This document shows, one piece after another, positions 57,207-64,000 of a stretch of DNA of 64,000 nucleotides. A model generated the notes under the pieces. It saw nothing but the letters and a program-made list of their open reading frames with translations. It had not been told where the DNA came from and ran no database searches. Positions within the stretch are counted from its first letter, which is position 1. Every line of letters starts with the position of its first letter. Made by a program: the position numbers and the translations under genes. This DNA is from Acetatifactor sp. (lineage in GTDB: Bacteria > Bacillota > Clostridia > Lachnospirales > Lachnospiraceae), in the NCBI GenBank assembly GCA_045544275.1, contig JAZPYS010000084.1, positions 1,471 to 65,470 on the forward strand, given 5' to 3'.

Positions 57207-58122
57207 TATCGGAGGAACCACTGTGAAAGCAGGAGTGGTTTCGGAAGAAAGAAAAATTGTACATAAAGCAAATGCACCTACGGTAAGAGGAGATGTGGAT
57301 AGTTTTGTAAAAAGTATTATTGATCTACTGAATGAGCTATTGGCGGGTGCACAGCTCAAGTTACAGGATATCCATAGGATTGGAGTAGGATGCCCCGGGA
57401 TTGTTGATTCAGAGACGGGGACCGTAGTGGATGCCGATAATCTGGAATTAGTATATATACCTTTAAAGGCGCGGTTGGAGAGAGCGCTTATGATGCCGGT
57501 GACGGTCAATAATGATGCCAACTGTGCAGCATGGGGAGAGTATCTGGCTCTTTCCGATGATAGTATCAACAGTCTGGTCATGGTAACATTGGGAACAGGG
57601 ATCGGCGGAGGTATCATTCTGAACAAACGGTTATATACCGGTTGTGATGGATCTGCAGGTGAATGGGGATGCATGATTATGGAAACCAGTAGCTCGGAAG
57701 CATCATTAGGACCGAAGCAATACTGGGAGAATTATGCCTCTGCATCAGCGTTGGTAAGAGCTGCAGAGGAAGCAGCAGCAAAATGTCAGGATTCTCTGTT
57801 GAATGTGTTAATAAAGCAGAATGAAGGTAAGGCAGATGGTAAGCTGTTTTTTCAAGCGTTGGAGCAAAAAGATGAGACTGCAGTAACTGTTTTTGAAGAA
57901 TATATACATCGATTGGGTGATGGTCTTATTAATATTTTATATATTTTTCGACCGGATGTACTTGTTATTGGAGGCGGCTTAAGCCAAGCTGATTTGTTGT
58001 GGGAACCATTGAAGCAATATCTGGCTAAAAACAGTGATTGTTTTCAGAGAAACAGGCAAACCCGGATATGTAAAGCAGTACTGGGAAATGATGCAGGAAT
58101 TATTGGAGCTGCGTTTTTGTAA
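57187..58122 (+). CDS. ROK family sugar kinase (atypical)
   Basis: IDIGGT, NDANCAAWGE, TLGTGIGGG, LGNDAGIIGAA. Confidence 0.88.
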   Translation: MYCIGIDIGGTTVKAGVVSEERKIVHKANAPTVRGDVDSFVKSIIDLLNELLAGAQLKLQDIHRIGVGCPGIVDSETGTVVDADNLELVYIPLKARLERALMMPVTVNNDANCAAWGEYLALSDDSINSLVMVTLGTGIGGGIILNKRLYTGCDGSAGEWGCMIMETSSSEASLGPKQYWENYASASALVRAAEEAAAKCQDSLLNVLIKQNEGKADGKLFFQALEQKDETAVTVFEEYIHRLGDGLINILYIFRPDVLVIGGGLSQADLLWEPLKQYLAKNSDCFQRNRQTRICKAVLGNDAGIIGAAFL

Positions 58123-58175
58123 TTATGTATGTTGAAGATGATGTTTTGAAGCAGAGATGAAAGGAAGCGATAAAT

Positions 58176-59117
58176 ATGAAAATTTGTTTCATAGGAGACT
58201 GCGGACATGCATTTCAAACTTACAATGAAATGAAAATGTGTGAAGAGGCTGAGTTTGTAGGAGTTGCTCCTGCAAGTGAACATGATGATATAGAAGCGTT
58301 AAAGAAATATGAAATACCGATTTTTGATTCATATGAGAAAATGATAAAAGATGCTTTACCGGATATTGCAGTGATTTCGCCGGTGTTTGGTTTGACTGGA
58401 AGAATAATACAATATTGTGCAAAGCGGAAATTAGATATTTTTGCAGAAAAGCCAATTGCGTCAAATCTTACTGAACTAGTATCCGTTGAGAAAGCAATAA
58501 GGGAGAATAATGTACATTTCTCGGCTATGCACTTTTTGCGTTTTCACCCATCTTTTTATCATGCTCAAAAACAAGTGGATGGTGGTGCAATTGGTGAAGT
58601 GAGAATGATAACTGCTCAAAAAAGCTATAAATATGGTATTCGCCCGGAATGGTATAAAGAACGTGAATTATACACCGGGACGATTCCCTGGGTTGGAATT
58701 CATGCGATTGATTGGATTTCCTTTATTGCAAAAAAAAAGTTTAGGTCTGTAAGAGCTTTACATTGCGGTAATCCGGAAATGGTAGCCCTTTGTCAGTTTG
58801 AGTTAGAAGAAGATGTCATTGCTTCTATTAATATTGATTATATGAGACCGCAAACCGCTATGACACATGGGGATGATCGTTTGAGAGTAGTGGGGAGTAA
58901 AGGTGTAATTGAGGTGTTCAGTGATAAATATGTACTGATTAATGAAGAGGGAATACAAGAGTACCGCCCTACGGAAGCACCCAAACTGGCTTATGATTAT
59001 TTGTTAAGAAAAGAAGAAATTTCACCTGAAGAAATTTTTGAGATTACAAGGGTAGCACTTTGTACAAGGGAATCCGCAGATACCCATAAGGTTATAGAAA
59101 ATTTGACAGGCATGTAA
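58176..59117 (+). CDS. Gfo/Idh/MocA oxidoreductase
   Basis: AEKPIA, GAIGEV, WVGIHAID, VVGSKG. Confidence 0.85.
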   Translation: MKICFIGDCGHAFQTYNEMKMCEEAEFVGVAPASEHDDIEALKKYEIPIFDSYEKMIKDALPDIAVISPVFGLTGRIIQYCAKRKLDIFAEKPIASNLTELVSVEKAIRENNVHFSAMHFLRFHPSFYHAQKQVDGGAIGEVRMITAQKSYKYGIRPEWYKERELYTGTIPWVGIHAIDWISFIAKKKFRSVRALHCGNPEMVALCQFELEEDVIASINIDYMRPQTAMTHGDDRLRVVGSKGVIEVFSDKYVLINEEGIQEYRPTEAPKLAYDYLLRKEEISPEEIFEITRVALCTRESADTHKVIENLTGM

Positions 59118-59147
59118 AAATTTGCTTTTTCAGGGGATGAGGGAAAT

Positions 59148-60344
59148 ATGTTAACTGAAAAAAGTATTTTAGAATTGGCAGAAAAGAATGAAACGTATGT
59201 AAAAGAAATCTTTCGATGGCTGCATCAGCATCCGGAAGTGGCACATAAAGAACAGGGCACAAATCAATATCTACGGGAGCGGTTAGATGAATTAGGTGTT
59301 CCGTATGATATGCCAAAGGATAATATTACCATTGCAGTGATTGATAGTGGCAAAACGGGATGTACTGTGGGATTGAGATGTGATACCGATGCACTTCCCG
59401 TACAGGAAGAAACAGGATTACCATATGCTTCTGTTTATGATGGTGTGATGCATGCTTGTGGACATGATGCACATATGGCAATCGGAATGGGGACTGCAAA
59501 AATTTTAATAGAGAATATAGAACAATGGTCCGGCAAAGTGAAAATCATTTTTCAACCAGCGGAAGAAGGGGAAAATGGTTCAGATCAAGTGATTGGAACA
59601 GGATTAGTTGATGATGTGGATGTTTTTTTCGCAATTCATGTGTGGAGTCCTTATCCGAGTGGGGAGTTTCATGTATCCCCCATAACTGTCAGTGCCGCAG
59701 TAAATATGTTTACGATTCGCATTACAGGAAAAGGTGGGCATGGTGCGACTCCGGAAAAATGCGGCGATGCGATTGTGGCAGGTGCGGCGTTAGTTTCTTC
59801 TTTGCAGACAGTAGTTTCCAGAGCAATATCCCCAATGGAATCCGCAGTGCTGACAATTGGAAGCTTCCATGCCGGATCGGCAGGGAATATCATTGCACAG
59901 GAGGCTGTGCTTCAGGGCACACTACGGACATTAAATGAAGAAACGCGACAGAAAGCTTCGGAATTACTTTGCTCTTTTGCAGAACACACGGCAATGATGT
60001 ACGGATGCGAAGCAGAGGTGACGGATATACGTGTAAGTGATGCCGTTACTAATAATAAAACAGTGACGGAAATCGCTTTGAAATGTGCGAAAGAGCTGGT
60101 AGTATCGGATTTGATCAGGGAACAAAAGACAATGATGTTGGGGGATAATTTTGCCAATTATGGTTCAATTGCGCCATACTGTTATGTGCAGGTGGGAATT
60201 GCAAATAAAGAGAAGCGGACAGATTTTGCACATCATAACGGAAGATTTGCGGTAGATGAAGATGTACTGTGTCCATGTGTGGCATGGATGACAAGTTTTG
60301 CGATTGACAGTGCAAAAGAGATGGAAGCAGGATGGAGGAGATGA
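59148..60344 (+). CDS. M20D amidohydrolase (N-acyl amino acid hydrolase-like)
   Basis: LHQHPE, DTDALP, HACGHDAH, FQPAEE, GGHGA, AHHN. Confidence 0.9.
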   Translation: MLTEKSILELAEKNETYVKEIFRWLHQHPEVAHKEQGTNQYLRERLDELGVPYDMPKDNITIAVIDSGKTGCTVGLRCDTDALPVQEETGLPYASVYDGVMHACGHDAHMAIGMGTAKILIENIEQWSGKVKIIFQPAEEGENGSDQVIGTGLVDDVDVFFAIHVWSPYPSGEFHVSPITVSAAVNMFTIRITGKGGHGATPEKCGDAIVAGAALVSSLQTVVSRAISPMESAVLTIGSFHAGSAGNIIAQEAVLQGTLRTLNEETRQKASELLCSFAEHTAMMYGCEAEVTDIRVSDAVTNNKTVTEIALKCAKELVVSDLIREQKTMMLGDNFANYGSIAPYCYVQVGIANKEKRTDFAHHNGRFAVDEDVLCPCVAWMTSFAIDSAKEMEAGWRR

Positions 60345-60348
60345 TAAG

Positions 60349-61377
60349 ATGATGCAGGAAAATTGGACAGAAGAAAAGTTAAATAGCCTTTTGACAACAC
60401 CGAGTGATAATTTGGTGGAAGATATTCAAAAGATAAAAGGGGATATAATGGTGCTTGGTGCAGGTGGCAAGATGGGACCAACTCTTTGTGTACTTGCAAA
60501 AAATGCAGTCAAAAAAGCCGGAATTGAGAAGCGAATCATTGCAGTATCACGAGGAAGTGACAAAATTGCAACGAAATTGATGGTGGATAATGGCGTAGAA
60601 GTCATTGCCATGGATTTGCTTGATAGAAAGAAATTAGATGAGCTTCCTGATGTGGAAAATATTATTTACATGGCGGGCAAGAAGTTTGGCACAAATGGGA
60701 ATGAATGGCAGACATGGGCGATGAATTCCGTTGTACCGGCATTTGTTGCAGATCGTTTTCGCGGGAAAAATATTGTGGTTTTTTCATCTGGTAATATTTA
60801 TCCCATTGTCCCTATAAACAGCGGTGGATGTACGGAGACAGATAAACCTATTCCAAATGGAGAGTATGGAATGAGTACTCTGGCAAGAGAACGTATCTTT
60901 GAACATGCCTCTCATGAATATGGTACAAAAGTTCTTATGTATCGTCTGAATTTTGCGGTTGATTTACGGTATGGAGTTTTATTTGATGTGGCAAAGAATA
61001 TTTTAAATGAAGAGAAGATCCGGCTTTCAACACCATGCTTTAATTTTATTTGGCAGGGACATGCAAATGAAATTGCAATCAGAGGGTTACTTCATGCAAC
61101 TTCGCCGGCATGTGTTATGAATGTAACGGGTCCGGAAACTGTTTCTATTAAGAAAGCAGCTATTGAGCTGGGACAGTATCTGGGAAAAGAGCCAATGTTT
61201 GAAGGCGAGGAAGGTACTGATGCATATTTGAATGATGCATCCAAAGCAATGGAAATTTTTGGTTACCCGGAAGTTAGTGCAAAAACTTTGATAAAATGGC
61301 AGGCACAATATCTTTTGGATGGAGGACGTACTTTGGATAAACCCACACATTTTGAAGAACGAGGAGGAAGTTACTAA
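60349..61377 (+). CDS. NAD-dependent epimerase/dehydratase (extended SDR)
   Basis: LGAGGKMG Rossmann loop, SSGNIY, EYGMSTLARE; start moved to ATG 60349 behind GGAGG. Confidence 0.82.
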   Translation: MMQENWTEEKLNSLLTTPSDNLVEDIQKIKGDIMVLGAGGKMGPTLCVLAKNAVKKAGIEKRIIAVSRGSDKIATKLMVDNGVEVIAMDLLDRKKLDELPDVENIIYMAGKKFGTNGNEWQTWAMNSVVPAFVADRFRGKNIVVFSSGNIYPIVPINSGGCTETDKPIPNGEYGMSTLARERIFEHASHEYGTKVLMYRLNFAVDLRYGVLFDVAKNILNEEKIRLSTPCFNFIWQGHANEIAIRGLLHATSPACVMNVTGPETVSIKKAAIELGQYLGKEPMFEGEEGTDAYLNDASKAMEIFGYPEVSAKTLIKWQAQYLLDGGRTLDKPTHFEERGGSY

Positions 61378-62438
61378 TGGGTAGAAGTCAGAAAGCAATG
61401 GAGATTTTGCAGAAAGGGACAGTGATTCCGGCAACCCCGTTGGCACTTGATGAAAATAGAAAATTTGATGAAGCACAGCAGCGTATTTTAATGCGGTACT
61501 ACTTAGACTGTGGTGTGGGAGGAATAGCAACTGCTGTACATACGACTCAATTTGAGATTCGCGAACCGGAAGTAAATCTATTAGAACCCGTCTTAAAGGT
61601 GGTTTCTGAAGAAATTGAATCGTACGAAATGAAAACAGGAAAAGTCATTGTAAAAGTATCCGGTGTTTGTGGTCCAAAAGAACAAGCTGTGAAAGAAGCA
61701 AAACTTGCAAAGGCATATGGTTACGATGCAGTACTTTTAAGCCCAGGCGGATTAAATGATTTATCGGAAGATGAGCTGATAGAACGTACAGAAGCTGTTG
61801 CAAAAATTATGCCGGTTATTGGATTTTATCTGCAGACCGCAGTGGGAGGCAGAGCGTTTAGTTATAACTATTGGGAACGTTTGGCTGCGATCAATAATGT
61901 GGTTGCTATTAAATGTGCATCTTTCAATCGTTACCAGACACTTGATGTGGTACGTGCTGTAGCAATGTCTGACAGATGCGATGATATTACTCTTTACACA
62001 GGAAATGATGATAATATCGTAATAGACCTTTTAACCAAATATAAATTTGATAAAAACGGAAAGCTGGTAGAAAAATCATTTCAGGGCGGATTATTGGGGC
62101 ATTACTCAGTATGGACAAGAAAAGCTGTGGAAATTTTTGAACGTATACAGGAAGCAAAAAAGAAGGATGTGATTCCGGAAGGATTTCTTACATTAGCGGC
62201 AGAAGTTACAGATGCAAATAGTGCATTCTTTGATACTGCAAATGGTTTTGCAGGGTGTATTGCAGGGCTTCATCATGTATTAGTCGGACAAGGGTTGATG
62301 AGAAATATTTATTGTTTAAATCCACAGGAAACTTTGTCAGCAGGGCAACAAGAAGAAATTGCGAGAGTATATCGTATGTACTCACACTTAAATGATGATG
62401 ATTTTGTGAAGGAAAATTTAAAAAGCTGGAGTGAATAG
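61377..62438 (+). CDS. DapA/NanA-like (DHDPS family) class I aldolase/lyase
   Basis: VIPATPL, HTTQF, GFYLQ (Tyr), AIKCASF (Schiff-base Lys), LYTGNDD; TAATG coupling to the epimerase. Confidence 0.8.
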   Translation: MGRSQKAMEILQKGTVIPATPLALDENRKFDEAQQRILMRYYLDCGVGGIATAVHTTQFEIREPEVNLLEPVLKVVSEEIESYEMKTGKVIVKVSGVCGPKEQAVKEAKLAKAYGYDAVLLSPGGLNDLSEDELIERTEAVAKIMPVIGFYLQTAVGGRAFSYNYWERLAAINNVVAIKCASFNRYQTLDVVRAVAMSDRCDDITLYTGNDDNIVIDLLTKYKFDKNGKLVEKSFQGGLLGHYSVWTRKAVEIFERIQEAKKKDVIPEGFLTLAAEVTDANSAFFDTANGFAGCIAGLHHVLVGQGLMRNIYCLNPQETLSAGQQEEIARVYRMYSHLNDDDFVKENLKSWSE

Positions 62439-62440
62439 CA

Positions 62441-63388
62441 ATGGATAAAATTAAGATTGCGGTTGTGGGAACTGGGAGCATCGGAATAAGTCACTTGATA
62501 GCGATCGATCAGTCTGAAGTATGTGAATTGAGAGTGGTTTGTGATATTAATGAGAAGATTGCAAAGGAATTTGGAGAACAGTATAAGGTATCATATTGCA
62601 CTGATTACAAAGAAATTGCTTTAATGTCGGATGTGGATGCAGTAATCTTAAATCTACCTCATTGGCTTCATTGTGAAGTGACAGAATTTTTCTTGAATTC
62701 GGGGAAGCATGTACTTGTAGAAAAACCCATGGCCAATACAGTGGAAGAATGCGACAGAATGATAGCTGCTTCGGAAAAAAATGGAAAAAAACTAGCAGTT
62801 GGACATGTACAAAGATATTTCATGGCCAACCGCTTGGTTAAGGAGATTTGCCAATCCGGTCAGCTAGGGAAATTATGCCTTTATGAGGAATATCGTAGTG
62901 TTAACTATTTTGATGAGCGGCGACCAAAATGGTTTTTGGACAAAAAACTTTCAGGTGGCGGTATTGTTATGAATTATGGTGCACATGCATTTGACAAACT
63001 TTTTTATATCTTAGATTGTGATCCAAAAGAGATATGGGCAAATGTAGATAATATAAAAAATAGCGAGACGATAGAAGGACATGCACAGATTTTGGCAAAA
63101 TTTGAAAATGATGTCAGTGCAGCAATAACTTTTTGTGGATATGTGGGAAGTGGATATGAAGCAAGATATTATTTTACAGAAGGAACATTAAAAGTTGTTG
63201 ATGGAATGCATTTATATCAAAATGATGGAAAAGACGGGTGGAAGGAAATTCACAACATAGAAGATGGTGAATTTATGAAGAGGCAGTTAGAGGGTTTTTG
63301 TGCATTAATACGTGGCGAGAGTACAGATATTCCCACTGGTAAATATGGTAAAAAAGTAATTCAGACAATTGCACAAATTTATGATTAA
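62441..63388 (+). CDS. Gfo/Idh/MocA oxidoreductase
   Basis: VGTGSIG, PHWLH, HVLVEKPMA, SGGGIVMNYGAHAFD. Confidence 0.9.
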   Translation: MDKIKIAVVGTGSIGISHLIAIDQSEVCELRVVCDINEKIAKEFGEQYKVSYCTDYKEIALMSDVDAVILNLPHWLHCEVTEFFLNSGKHVLVEKPMANTVEECDRMIAASEKNGKKLAVGHVQRYFMANRLVKEICQSGQLGKLCLYEEYRSVNYFDERRPKWFLDKKLSGGGIVMNYGAHAFDKLFYILDCDPKEIWANVDNIKNSETIEGHAQILAKFENDVSAAITFCGYVGSGYEARYYFTEGTLKVVDGMHLYQNDGKDGWKEIHNIEDGEFMKRQLEGFCALIRGESTDIPTGKYGKKVIQTIAQIYD

Positions 63389-63541
63389 GATTTGGGGGCT
63401 GTCGCACTAAGTAATTAGTGCCCAGCTCCTTTTCTGCGAAAAACGTTTTTGGCATAAATTTTGCAGCAGAAAGTCCTATTCCACTTCATCCGCCATAGGA
63501 GAAATGAAATATAAAATGTGCCAAAATAAAAATATATCCTA

Positions 63542-63571
63542 TTGACACAAAAACAAAAGATAAGTTATAAT
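63542..63571 (+). promoter_or_regulatory. Sigma-A promoter
   Basis: TTGACA-N18-TATAAT followed by GAGGTG RBS. Confidence 0.75.
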
Positions 63572-63589
63572 ATCATTGAGGTGGTAACG

Positions 63590-64000
63590 ATGCTGGATTA
63601 TTCAAAGTATCCCGATGGCGGAAGATTCTATTCGGGGGCGGAACGAAAAAAGTCAATTATAATAAATGGAAATGCTTATCTTGTCAAATTTCAAAAAAAT
63701 TCCAGAGAAGGTCTGCGGTTTAATCATGTTTCCGAATTTTTAGGCAGCCACATATTTTCTTTGCTTGGAATGGAAGCACAGGAAACACAGCTTGGATTGT
63801 ATCATGGAGAAAATGTGGTTGTGATAAAGGATTTTCTGGGTGAGGATGAGGTGTTTGTTCCCTTTAATGGAGTTGGGGACAGTTCTCTTGAGCAAGATAA
63901 AGAAAAGTACCAATATTCTTATGAAGATATCATTAGAATGTTAAAAGAAAATGTGAAGCTGACGGATGTGGAGCAAACCATGCATCAATTCTGGGATATG
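63590..64000 (+). CDS. HipA/CtkA-like kinase, N-terminal part (cut by the window end; not in ORF track)
   Basis: Open frame MLDYSKY...YSGAERK...YLVKFQK...SEFLGSHIFSLLG...V..KDFL: Gly loop, VKF lysine, helix C Glu and hinge typical of HipA-like kinases. Confidence 0.7.
   Translation, partial: MLDYSKYPDGGRFYSGAERKKSIIINGNAYLVKFQKNSREGLRFNHVSEFLGSHIFSLLGMEAQETQLGLYHGENVVVIKDFLGEDEVFVPFNGVGDSSLEQDKEKYQYSYEDIIRMLKENVKLTDVEQTMHQFWDM

Noticed and set aside
39421-63430. Island as an ICE, prophage or transposon
   Set aside because: No integrase, transposase, relaxase or phage gene, and no matching direct repeats found at the two edges within the window.
713-63455. Many antisense or alternate-frame ORFs in the track (e.g. 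713-1267, 1687-2223, 9280-9846, 28651-29388, 30613-31308)
   Set aside because: They overlap well-supported genes, lack RBS and recognisable motifs, and are shadows of the coding strand.
1-64000. tRNA, rRNA, tmRNA or reverse transcriptase genes
   Set aside because: No cloverleaf/T-loop signatures, rRNA conserved blocks or YxDD-type RT ORFs recognised.

Overview
Chromosomal segment of a low-GC Firmicute (Clostridia; gene content and order fit Lachnospiraceae), with almost all genes on the + strand. All family calls come from motifs I recognise by eye, not from database searches. 1-39.4 kb is mostly core genome: guaB-purE-purF, a GNAT, folA, degV-marR, metY, a large acyl-CoA dehydratase activase, a rhomboid-like/sigma-like/M16 peptidase cluster, era-recO, glyQS-alaS, rpsU, dacF-scpA-scpB-dacB and a Na+-pumping biotin decarboxylase operon. 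It is interrupted by a variable patch at 7-10.8 kb holding two small genes bracketed by inverted copies of one motif, a ~52-bp-phased palindrome array and an SGNH pseudogene. 40.1-63.4 kb is a ~23 kb accessory catabolic locus: beta-helix enzyme, SGNH esterases, PHP phosphatase, sugar ABC transporter, split YesM/YesN-type two-component system, xylose-isomerase-like protein, class II aldolase, GH127, NagA, EamA, atypical ROK kinase, M20 amidohydrolase, SDR epimerase, DapA-like aldolase and two Gfo/Idh/MocA oxidoreductases. Its substrate is unknown. The window ends inside a HipA/CtkA-like kinase gene. I found no rRNA, tRNA, CRISPR array, transposase or integrase. The most unusual signals are the inverted-repeat-bounded small-gene cassettes, three families of fixed-loop intergenic palindromes, and the catabolic island.
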